A stretch of DNA of 64,000 nt, taken from NCBI GenBank assembly GCA_017480525.1, contig JAFVAM010000003.1, forward strand, positions 3,483-67,482. The letters run 5' to 3'. Both the position numbers and the translations under genes were made by a program. Below the pieces are notes generated by a model. It did not search any database. It saw nothing but the letters and a program-made list of their open reading frames with translations, and was not told the DNA's origin. Shown piece by piece: positions 8,736-16,559 of this stretch. This DNA comes from Bacteroidales bacterium (GTDB lineage: Bacteria; Bacteroidota; Bacteroidia; Bacteroidales; P3). Every line of letters starts with the position of its first letter. The first letter of the stretch is position 1.

Positions 8736-9641
8736 TCAGAGGATGATTCCGAGGGGGCGGAGAGCCTCGCGGTAGCGCGTAAGGGAGGAGGCCTTGAGGA
8801 GGGTCTTGCGGACCTTGGGGTCGATGTCGGGATAGTCCCAGAAGGAGTGGAGGCGGGCGAGAATCTGGCTGTCGCCGCAGAGCGTGGAGGCGGCGTGGCG
8901 GTAGACCTCGGCGTGGAGCAGGCGCAGGCTTTCGTCATGGCCGGGGCCACCGAGCAGCGAGGGACGCGCCAGCAGGCCGCGGCCCAGCATGAATCCTTTG
9001 AGGCGAGGGAAACGTCGGCGCAGGATGCCGATCTGTGCCGGGTCGGCGAGGTCGCCGTTGTAGACCATGGGATGGCCTGTCGATTCGTAGAACCTTGCGA
9101 AAGCGTCGAGGTCGGGAGCGCCCTTGTATTGCTGCCTGCCGAGGCGCGGATGGAGGGTCACATGGACGAGGGGTGCAGCATTGAGGATGTCGACGGCGGC
9201 AAGTCCTTCGTCGACAGAGGCCTGCCCCAGCCGCATCTTGACAGAGAAAGCCAGCTCGGGGCGATGCGTCATCTCGCGGCAGATGGCTTCCAGACGGTCG
9301 GGATGCTGCAGCAATCCGCTTCCGCGGCCGGCATGCGTCTGCAAGGGGAATGGGCAGCCGAGGTTGAGGTCGATGCGAAGCCAGCCCAGCTTCTGGAGGG
9401 TGTCGCAGAGGGTGGCGAACTCGTCAGAGTCGCGTGCAATAACCTGTGGCACAGTGGGTACACCGGCACAGGCCGAGGGGGCGACATCGCGCAGGTCGCG
9501 CCGTCGCGGTGCCCCGTGCTCCAGACGCACAAAGGGGGTGTAGTACTCGTCAATGCCACCGCAACATGCATGGTGGGCACGGCGGTAGACGGCATCGGTG
9601 TAGCCCTGCAGAGGGGCGAAGGCGAGGTATGGACAAGGCAT
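8736..9641 (-). CDS. tRNA-dihydrouridine synthase family protein
   Basis: 301 aa. The N-terminus APLQGYTDAVYR and the overall TIM-barrel Dus-like sequence (LNLGCPFP) fit this family. Confidence 0.8.
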   Translation of the reverse strand: MPCPYLAFAPLQGYTDAVYRRAHHACCGGIDEYYTPFVRLEHGAPRRRDLRDVAPSACAGVPTVPQVIARDSDEFATLCDTLQKLGWLRIDLNLGCPFPLQTHAGRGSGLLQHPDRLEAICREMTHRPELAFSVKMRLGQASVDEGLAAVDILNAAPLVHVTLHPRLGRQQYKGAPDLDAFARFYESTGHPMVYNGDLADPAQIGILRRRFPRLKGFMLGRGLLARPSLLGGPGHDESLRLLHAEVYRHAASTLCGDSQILARLHSFWDYPDIDPKVRKTLLKASSLTRYREALRPLGIIL

Positions 9642-9753
9642 GCAGAACGCTGGTTTTCAAAAGACTACTGTGGAGCTGTGGAAAATGAGGCACACGGCTC
9701 TTTTATGTGAGTTTGGGCGTGGTACCTTCATATCACAAGACGAATCTCACACG

Positions 9754-10260
9754 TTAATCCATTTCTTGAATAATCTGGATCGAAGGAGGCTGGTTTTGCC
9801 TGCGTTCCTTCTCGCTATAGCGGTTGCCGTGGTGGGTGACGAAGTGTGCCACAGCCTCCGGATCCAGCTTTCCGTCCTTGATCAGGCGCCATTGCACCAC
9901 AATCTTGGCCACCGATTCTGCTTTCACAATCATGCCCGGACCCTCCACCTCCGCTGTGGCATCCACGCCTTGAAAAGAGAAAACGAGATAGTCGACATTC
10001 ACGCCACCGGGGAATTCCGGCGTGGCACGTTCCTTGTCGGTGAAACTGCGCACCGACGCTGTGATCATCACAGCATCCGTCTCGTCAGTGATAAAAAACT
10101 GACAGGAAGGACTCAATATCTTGCAGCCCTCCTTTTCGATGTAGGCGACGGTGTCGCCGTTCACAACCATTGCACCGTCCTTGCTGACACTCACCTTTTT
10201 CCGCTGTGCCGTGGCACTGATGCAGACCAACAAAAGCACAACAATAAAAAACTTTTTCAT
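9754..10260 (-). CDS. hypothetical secreted protein
   Basis: 168 aa with signal peptide MKKFFIVVLLLVCISATAQ. It starts 8 nt after the upstream ORF. Composition is intermediate between the islet and the flanks. Confidence 0.6.
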   Translation of the reverse strand: MKKFFIVVLLLVCISATAQRKKVSVSKDGAMVVNGDTVAYIEKEGCKILSPSCQFFITDETDAVMITASVRSFTDKERATPEFPGGVNVDYLVFSFQGVDATAEVEGPGMIVKAESVAKIVVQWRLIKDGKLDPEAVAHFVTHHGNRYSEKERRQNQPPSIQIIQEMD

Positions 10261-10268
10261 GCTGAAAA

Positions 10269-11009
10269 TTATTTGTTATTGATTATTTCCACACTATTAC
10301 AAGAAAACAGACCTTCATATAGTTTGTAGTCGCCAACATTCTTAGGAAGACTATTCTTTATGCTCTCATAGTGACAGAAGTGCCAAGGAACAATATCTCC
10401 CTCATTTGTAACCCGCCATGAGTCGCTTATATAAAACGAGAAAGAGGCTCCAGTCTTGAAGAAAGGTTCAATGCTAAAGGATTCTGTATAAGTCTCTCCA
10501 TATTTCAGGAAAACATAATTTCCCCGGTATAGCGTCAAAATGTCTTCCATAGTGGGAACTTTGGAGGAGTCGACAAATGGTTTGTGGTCCATGAAACCAT
10601 TATCGGCCATTTCCTCTTTCCGGTATTTCATAATGGAATTAACTATCTCGGGGTGGTAATCATCTCCATCATAGTTTTTGTATAAGAAGCCACCCTTAGT
10701 TTTTATCAGCATTTCATCCGGGATAATTACAGCATAATACATCTCACCGCCAAAGGTTTTTCTTACATTTTCATTATCATGTCCACACATTTCTTTTTCA
10801 TATAATATCAAACTTTCAGTCGATGATTTCGGATAGCAATTCGTTTCTGTTAAGACTTTGGGGAAATACACATTGCCTGCCCACCTTTCATCGTGTATGT
10901 AGGTGACGTTAAGCAGATGCCTGGCCGAGTCGACAGTCATCATGATTCTGATTTGCGAATGTGCGACAACGCCATGAGCAATCAACAATAATAGGATTAT
11001 TTTTTTCAT
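10269..11009 (-). CDS. hypothetical secreted protein (possible partner or immunity protein of the upstream HExxH protein)
   Basis: 246 aa with signal peptide MKKIILLLLIAHGVVAHSQ. Its ATG overlaps the upstream stop (ATGA at 11006-11009). AT-rich. Confidence 0.6.
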   Translation of the reverse strand: MKKIILLLLIAHGVVAHSQIRIMMTVDSARHLLNVTYIHDERWAGNVYFPKVLTETNCYPKSSTESLILYEKEMCGHDNENVRKTFGGEMYYAVIIPDEMLIKTKGGFLYKNYDGDDYHPEIVNSIMKYRKEEMADNGFMDHKPFVDSSKVPTMEDILTLYRGNYVFLKYGETYTESFSIEPFFKTGASFSFYISDSWRVTNEGDIVPWHFCHYESIKNSLPKNVGDYKLYEGLFSCNSVEIINNK

Positions 11010-11647
11010 GTGTTTTCTATTTCTACAAATTCGAAATTTTCAGTCCATGGAAACTCACTATAGTTTAGGTCGTAAACGACATCGCCTAATATATTACGAG
11101 CCTCAATCATTCTGTCGCGTTCAATGGAAATGGCACTCCTGTTCCGACCGAGACAGTGTTCATATTGGAATGCCCAAAAGTCCATTGTATCAGAAAGAAG
11201 TTCAAGATTTTCATTTTCTATTATGTTTTTTTTAGAGGCAAGATACAAATACTGTGATGCGTGCAATAATTCATGCCCCATTGTATAGAACAGCATCTTT
11301 TGTGAAGGAAATGCATATTTCTTGTTAAAATAGATGGATGGTTTCCCAGTATATTTCCCTTCTTCCAATCTCGTCATGCATGTCATTGCAATACCAGAAG
11401 CACCGTTTCCTTTTTCCAAGTCGGCTTGTTTATCTGTTGGAACACTTTCAATAGTAAATATCTTGAGATTGTCTTTTTGAAACTTAGGAAACCATGTATT
11501 ACGTGCAAGAGTTAGAAAGCTATCACTTACTTCTATTTCGGTACTGTTTTTTTGTTCACCATTATTCAATAGAGGGGACAGGTTTATCGAGGGTATATTG
11601 ATAGACATGTTTGCCCATTGTTTCCTCCAAAATGTAATATTACTCAT
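11006..11647 (-). CDS. hypothetical protein with a single HExxH zinc-metallopeptidase-like motif
   Basis: 213 aa with no signal peptide. Motif MGHELLHASQY. I recognise no other family. Confidence 0.6.
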   Translation of the reverse strand: MSNITFWRKQWANMSINIPSINLSPLLNNGEQKNSTEIEVSDSFLTLARNTWFPKFQKDNLKIFTIESVPTDKQADLEKGNGASGIAMTCMTRLEEGKYTGKPSIYFNKKYAFPSQKMLFYTMGHELLHASQYLYLASKKNIIENENLELLSDTMDFWAFQYEHCLGRNRSAISIERDRMIEARNILGDVVYDLNYSEFPWTENFEFVEIENT

Positions 11648-11665
11648 AACCAGCTATTATTTGTT

Positions 11666-11707
11666 CAGTTGCAAGAAAATGGGATTAATCCCATTTTCTT
11701 GCAACTG
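11666..11707. repeat. 42-nt perfect palindrome (21+21) within the operon
   Basis: CAGTTGCAAGAAAATGGGATT/AATCCCATTTTCTTGCAACTG, read directly from the sequence. It occupies the only sizeable gap (72 nt) in the islet operon. No T-tract follows it on the coding (minus) strand. Confidence 0.9.
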
Positions 11708-11719
11708 TTGTTTGACATA

Positions 11720-13393
11720 TCATTCAGATACCTCTTCTTTAGTGTTACAACTGCACGCTCCAAATACGGACTTGTAAAGTTCCGCTTTCATTTGGGGGTC
11801 ATCCAAGCCCTCAATCAACGATATTTTTTGCACGAGCTCGAGATTCTTCAAGTTCTCGCTGACGGCGATTGCATCCTGCGCACGTTGGTTGAAGCAGTCA
11901 AGAGCTTCGCCCTGTCCCAACAATGCATCGGCAATTACGCTATCGGTTCGCAAAGTGTTGCGTTGAACATTCAAAATGACACCTGGAATATGAACAGGGG
12001 CGTGGCCATTGACTACAATAAAATCAATCCCATCGGGGTCGCAGACATAGTAATCCTCTTCGTATCCGTAGGTTTTCTTGTCAAGCGTGATATGTTTCAG
12101 GAATTGTACACCCATCCCAGTATAGTCTCGGATAACGCTGTAGCGCTGCAATATTTCTGCTTTTACAATGGCAACTTTTTCAGGGACAACCACCTCTTGC
12201 AATAGTTTGTCGATTTCTTCAATGTCAACAATCTTTATCGATTCCATGTAGCCGTTGCAATAAGCGATGCGGATGTTGGAAAGATATGTGATGCTGACAT
12301 ATTCCTGCAGGAGCTGCCGGAAAACGAAATTGAGAACACGGCTTTTGTTGATGTTCTCGATTTCGCGGACAGTTGTGTACTCCTCGCCTTCGGTAACAGT
12401 TTCTGTGGAAGTAGCGTTAATTTCCACATTTCGAGCCGAGTTGCTTTGCTCGCAATGCTTGCCGAGGGCACGATTGAGAGAACGAGTGTTTGAAGAACGG
12501 GATGATGAGTGGTCGGTGCTTACGCTGGCGGAGCATTGGGCAGCCATAAAAGAGGCGGAAGCAGAGACACTGGCGCTGACCGAAGTTTTGCTCTCGGAAG
12601 AAGCGGCGGATTCTTCCTCCATCAGATTCTCCATTTCGTCAACACTGCTTTGGCTGAAACTGTCCAAAAGATTCTCGGCTTGAGTTTTGGTGGATGTACT
12701 GCTCTTGTAAGTCTTAACAGTGATAGTGGTTTTTTCTCCTGGGAGTAATGAGATAGTTTCAAGAGTTTTGCCTGCACCGTAGTTTCCGAGGTATGAACTT
12801 GTCTTATATTCTTCAATGACAAACAAGCGAGGATGCATTACTTGGGGGTCGGGAAGAAGTTTTATCTTGGAGCCGAATCCATTAAGTTTTCCGACCATAA
12901 CCGGACGATAACGGAGATCCTTCAGGTGTTTTAGCTGAACATCGTTGAAACAAGTGTCAAGAACCGTCAGTTTGGGTTCAGACGATTCTCCTTTTTCCCC
13001 ACCAGCTATTTTATCCAGCGAAATACCAAGCAAATCGGTTTTGGAAAGGTTCAGCTCTTTGCGTACCTGATGGGGATTGAACCGAAGACCCAGGTCGTCA
13101 TTATTCAACTGGACACTTGCGTTGAAACGCCTGCCCACCTCCTCGTCTGAAACGTTGAAATAATTCTCATTTCCAGGTTTTTCCCCCTCCTTTTCTATGA
13201 ACACTTTTGAATCTGCAACAACACAGATTGTTCCATAAGTGGAAAAAGTTGTGCTTTGCGGAAGGTCATAGTCAAGCGTCGGGGCCGGAGAATTGCCAAG
13301 TGAGATAAAAGGCTTATTGGCATTACAGCTTTCTGCTTTTAGGTTTTCCTTGAGAACTTCAAGATTGCGAATTTGTTCAATTATATCTGACAT
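11720..13393 (-). CDS. hypothetical protein, 557 aa, no signal peptide
   Basis: Long AT-rich ORF with coherent composition. It has a central Ser/Thr/Ala-rich low-complexity segment (SSTSTKTQ...SESKTSVSASVSASASF...STDHSSSRSSNTRS). No recognisable domain. Confidence 0.65.
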   Translation of the reverse strand: MSDIIEQIRNLEVLKENLKAESCNANKPFISLGNSPAPTLDYDLPQSTTFSTYGTICVVADSKVFIEKEGEKPGNENYFNVSDEEVGRRFNASVQLNNDDLGLRFNPHQVRKELNLSKTDLLGISLDKIAGGEKGESSEPKLTVLDTCFNDVQLKHLKDLRYRPVMVGKLNGFGSKIKLLPDPQVMHPRLFVIEEYKTSSYLGNYGAGKTLETISLLPGEKTTITVKTYKSSTSTKTQAENLLDSFSQSSVDEMENLMEEESAASSESKTSVSASVSASASFMAAQCSASVSTDHSSSRSSNTRSLNRALGKHCEQSNSARNVEINATSTETVTEGEEYTTVREIENINKSRVLNFVFRQLLQEYVSITYLSNIRIAYCNGYMESIKIVDIEEIDKLLQEVVVPEKVAIVKAEILQRYSVIRDYTGMGVQFLKHITLDKKTYGYEEDYYVCDPDGIDFIVVNGHAPVHIPGVILNVQRNTLRTDSVIADALLGQGEALDCFNQRAQDAIAVSENLKNLELVQKISLIEGLDDPQMKAELYKSVFGACSCNTKEEVSE

Positions 13394-13418
13394 TTTTTTT
13401 TCCTTTGTTATGTTAAAC

Positions 13419-13832
13419 TTATTTTATTGCAATGCAATTATATACTTTCTTTTCTTTGTCGTAGGTAATTGTAACAGTGTATCCCGATAAAACCATCTTG
13501 TCGCACCAAGAGTAAGCGTCTTCTTGGCTGGAAGAGGAATATGTCACAACTTCCTTGGTTGCCACAGCACGAGAAGAAATGTTTTCATTAGCCACACTGA
13601 CTTCATACCCTTCTTCTGCCAATGCTAACATACAATGCAGGAAGCCAGACCATGCTTGTTCGCCAACAAGCGTTTCTTGGTGCAGAACGCCGTTGACGGA
13701 GTACTGCACCGTGTACACGGTGCCAATTTCCGTAATGGATGATTGAAGCTCTATCGGCTGTTCTTTCTGACAGCCAACTGCCATTGTACCCAGCACTGCA
13801 ATGAGTGCAATTGTTCTAAAAGTTTTATTCAT
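13419..13832 (-). CDS. hypothetical lipoprotein
   Basis: 137 aa. Signal peptide with a lipobox-like AVGC (MNKTFRTIALIAVLGTMAVGCQ). It starts 3 nt after the upstream ORF. Confidence 0.6.
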   Translation of the reverse strand: MNKTFRTIALIAVLGTMAVGCQKEQPIELQSSITEIGTVYTVQYSVNGVLHQETLVGEQAWSGFLHCMLALAEEGYEVSVANENISSRAVATKEVVTYSSSSQEDAYSWCDKMVLSGYTVTITYDKEKKVYNCIAIK

Positions 13833-13835
13833 TTT

Positions 13836-14327
13836 TTATTGCTTTAAGGAAACATTATTGTCATAACTATCCCTTAATATGGCTTTCAATTGTGATGTAT
13901 TTTCTATTGAAAAAATGCAAATCAAACGTTTGGAATATGATGTGGCCACCAAATCATTGTTTGATATGATACTGTCCATCGGTAGCGATGGATTTTTCTT
14001 GGGGACCAATTTTAGTGACAGCTGATTGGTGTCTGCATAAAAATATTCCTCGTATTCTTTTGGGATGACGGGCATATTGAAATCATGCTGAAGAACAGCC
14101 CAACCAGAGTCTCCGGCTGCCGAAAGCATAGTCATGTTCACCGCTATGCTGTCGTTGATACGTTTGTCCTTGATGAAAGTGGCCTGAATATCATCGCGAC
14201 CGACATATTTTTGATAGACTTCGCTGCATTGCTCAGCTGTAAGTGTACGGGGCCAAAGCCGGATAGCAAGTGTGCCACCGAGTATCACAACAATCAAGGC
14301 GATGGGTACGATGTGCTTTTTATTCAT
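13836..14327 (-). CDS. hypothetical N-terminally membrane-anchored protein
   Basis: 163 aa with a single N-terminal hydrophobic helix (IVPIALIVVILGGTLAI). It overlaps the upstream ORF by 4 nt. Confidence 0.55.
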   Translation of the reverse strand: MNKKHIVPIALIVVILGGTLAIRLWPRTLTAEQCSEVYQKYVGRDDIQATFIKDKRINDSIAVNMTMLSAAGDSGWAVLQHDFNMPVIPKEYEEYFYADTNQLSLKLVPKKNPSLPMDSIISNNDLVATSYSKRLICIFSIENTSQLKAILRDSYDNNVSLKQ

Positions 14328-14935
14328 TGGACGGAGGCGTTGACAATGTTTTCTATGATATGATTGGAAGAAGCAAGAAGCTTGGCGCGGTCGTCCATTC
14401 CACGGACAGACATCGACCGCCCGTCGTAGGCCGGTGTGGCGGCCACGAGGAGTATGGCGACAATGGCTGCAAGTGTAGCGACACGGGAATACTGGACGTT
14501 GAATATTGAAAATTGAACTTTCGGAAGAGAAGGTCTGGTTGGCATAGCTAAACCTATCTCTCGCTTGGCCATACGAAGCATCTCGGAGGGGGGGGTGGTC
14601 GCAACACTATGACGCAGTAGAAGGACGACCATTCGCAAACTGCTGACAACATCGTAAATAAGGATGCAGCCTATGATGATGTAAGGTATAAGATCCAGTG
14701 TATCGACCACATATCGATTAAAAAGGCATATCAACCAAACCAAAGACGCAATGCATACAACGAGACGAGTTGCAGATGTCAGGAGCATACGCCGATGGCT
14801 CGATAGTCGCCACGAATGACGGTTGATCATATCGACGGTGACGGGATTCTCTTTTACGAGATGGTCTATCCGGTCGCTTTGCAGCTGCCAGGCATCGAAA
14901 AGGTCGTCGAGTGAGTAATTGTCTTTATTGTCCAT
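14324..14935 (-). CDS. hypothetical three-TM membrane protein (anti-sigma factor by position only)
   Basis: 203 aa. It overlaps the sigma factor gene by 11 nt. It has about 60 N-terminal soluble residues and then hydrophobic helices. There is no zf-HC2 motif, so the anti-sigma role is positional inference only. Confidence 0.5.
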   Translation of the reverse strand: MDNKDNYSLDDLFDAWQLQSDRIDHLVKENPVTVDMINRHSWRLSSHRRMLLTSATRLVVCIASLVWLICLFNRYVVDTLDLIPYIIIGCILIYDVVSSLRMVVLLLRHSVATTPPSEMLRMAKREIGLAMPTRPSLPKVQFSIFNVQYSRVATLAAIVAILLVAATPAYDGRSMSVRGMDDRAKLLASSNHIIENIVNASVQ

Positions 14936-15422
14936 TTTCGTTTAATGTTTTCATTTTTTGTTTCAAACGGTTGATCCTGTGCTTTACGGCATCCTCTGTC
15001 GTTCCAAGGGTTTCTGCAATATCACGTAGAGGAACCTTGTCTATATACATAAGGATGAGCGCTTTTTCGTCTTCGTTCAACAGGTCTATCAACCAATATA
15101 ACCGCTCTAACATTTTGTTTCCTTCCGGGTTGGCAATGCATTCGCACATATAATCGCTCAGTGCAATAAACTGTGGCATACGTCGCCGAGAGCGGTACCG
15201 CATGTATGCAGCGTTCAAGGCAATGCGATAGACCCATGTGTTGGGTTTGCTCTTGTGCCGAAATCGGGGAAAACTTTCCCACAGGTTGCAGACTATTTCC
15301 TGATAGAGGTCGTTCACATTGTCGGGTTGACGATCGGTGTGCATCAGACACAGTTTCAGGATAGTGCCCTGACATTGGCCAAGCAATTCCAGGAATTCGT
15401 CTTGAAGTTTGTTCTTTGTCAT
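14925..15422 (-). CDS. RNA polymerase ECF-type sigma-70 factor
   Basis: 165 aa. Region 2-like DLYQEIVCNLWESFPRF...TWVYRIALNAAY and region 4 HTH LRDIAETLGTTEDAVKHRINRLKQK. Confidence 0.85.
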   Translation of the reverse strand: MTKNKLQDEFLELLGQCQGTILKLCLMHTDRQPDNVNDLYQEIVCNLWESFPRFRHKSKPNTWVYRIALNAAYMRYRSRRRMPQFIALSDYMCECIANPEGNKMLERLYWLIDLLNEDEKALILMYIDKVPLRDIAETLGTTEDAVKHRINRLKQKMKTLNENGQ

Positions 15423-15970
15423 ACATTATAAAGCGCCTTTTGTATGAGTCCTGGCATTTTCTTCTCTCAATATATTAGTTGCAAAAAAGTTCAAAAAGTG
15501 CCAATTGAAAAACGGAAAAAAATGAAAGATATTATTAGGACATTGTAATTCGGCCGGATGGACGTTATGTTTTTTTTAGGGGGGGTCGCGACAGAATCGC
15601 GACACACACTGAATAAGGTCAGGAGGCAAAGACAATAGCGCGAGACAACGCCCTTTATGGGGCGGACGCAAGCGTCCGCGTACGGGACAAGCCGAGGAGG
15701 CATGGCGGGGATGGAATGTACGGGCAAGGGACTAAGGGGAAGAAAATTGAAAATCGAGAATTAAAACGTTTAAATAATTAACCTTATGGTTGTTACGAAT
15801 GATCCAAAGAAGGCACATAGAACCCACGTAGAACCCACACAGAAGGGAGGGTTATAGCGGACATAAATGCCCACCCGCCAGACGAAACGGTTGCCATGAT
15901 ATGGCAACACACGGAACAAGAGAAAAAATGGCGTTAAAAAAATGGCGTTTATATATTAATGGCAAACCGA

Positions 15971-15994
15971 AAGGGTGTCCTTGCGGACACCCTT
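15971..15994 (-). terminator. putative terminator hairpin downstream of the hydrogenase operon
   Basis: AAGGGTGTCC-TTGC-GGACACCCTT, a perfect 10-bp stem lying 70 nt past the stop at 16065. The sequence that follows on the minus strand is only moderately T-rich. Confidence 0.5.
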
Positions 15995-16064
15995 TGCAGT
16001 GTGTGTGATTGGTCGGCGGACGGCAAAGCACGCTGGTTGCTTTGACAATCCGCGCCTCCTCGGC

Positions 16065-16541
16065 CTATTTGTACTCGGCGATGATGCCGGGAACCATGTC
16101 GGGGGTGAGGCGGCCGTAGACCTTCTCGCCAATCATGGCGACGGGCGCCAGACCGCAGGCACCGACACAACGGAGGGTGTTGAGGCTGAACTTGCCGTCG
16201 GGCGTGCATTTGCCCACAGGGACGTTCAGGTTGCGCTGGAAAGCATCGAGAATCTTCTCGGCGCCGCGCACATAGCAAGCAGTGCCCAGACAGATGTCGA
16301 TGGGGTGTTCGCCCTTCGGCTCCATGGTGAAGAAGCTGTAGAAGGAGACGATGCCATAGACCTTGGCCACGGGCATGTCGAGTTCGTGGGCGATGACTTC
16401 CTGGACCTCGACGGGCAGGTAGCCGAACTTGCCCTGCACCTGATGCAGCACGTTGATGACCTCGCCGCTGCGGTTACCAAAGCTCTTGCAGATGTCTTTG
16501 ATAATGTTGATTTTCTCTTCGGATATCTTGATGTTAGCCAT
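16065..16541 (-). CDS. NuoE-like [2Fe-2S] subunit of NADH-dependent [FeFe]-hydrogenase (HydC-type)
   Basis: 158 aa, thioredoxin-like 2Fe-2S pattern (CLGTACYVRG...CVGACGLAP). Last gene of the hyd operon. Confidence 0.85.
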   Translation of the reverse strand: MANIKISEEKINIIKDICKSFGNRSGEVINVLHQVQGKFGYLPVEVQEVIAHELDMPVAKVYGIVSFYSFFTMEPKGEHPIDICLGTACYVRGAEKILDAFQRNLNVPVGKCTPDGKFSLNTLRCVGACGLAPVAMIGEKVYGRLTPDMVPGIIAEYK

Positions 16542-16559
16542 AATTTTGTCTTTTAAAGG

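Noticed and set aside
15491-15727. 78-aa ORF in the long intergenic region upstream of the ECF sigma gene.
   Set aside because: It has no plausible start context and odd composition. It spans the GC-rich hairpin patch and is more likely non-coding. It is kept only as part of the non-coding-region finding.
9650-15960. Prophage, integrative element or IS as the explanation for the AT-rich islet.
   Set aside because: No integrase, transposase, terminase, capsid or tail-like protein is present. No flanking tRNA or terminal repeats are visible. It is therefore described only as a compositionally foreign islet of unknown mobility.
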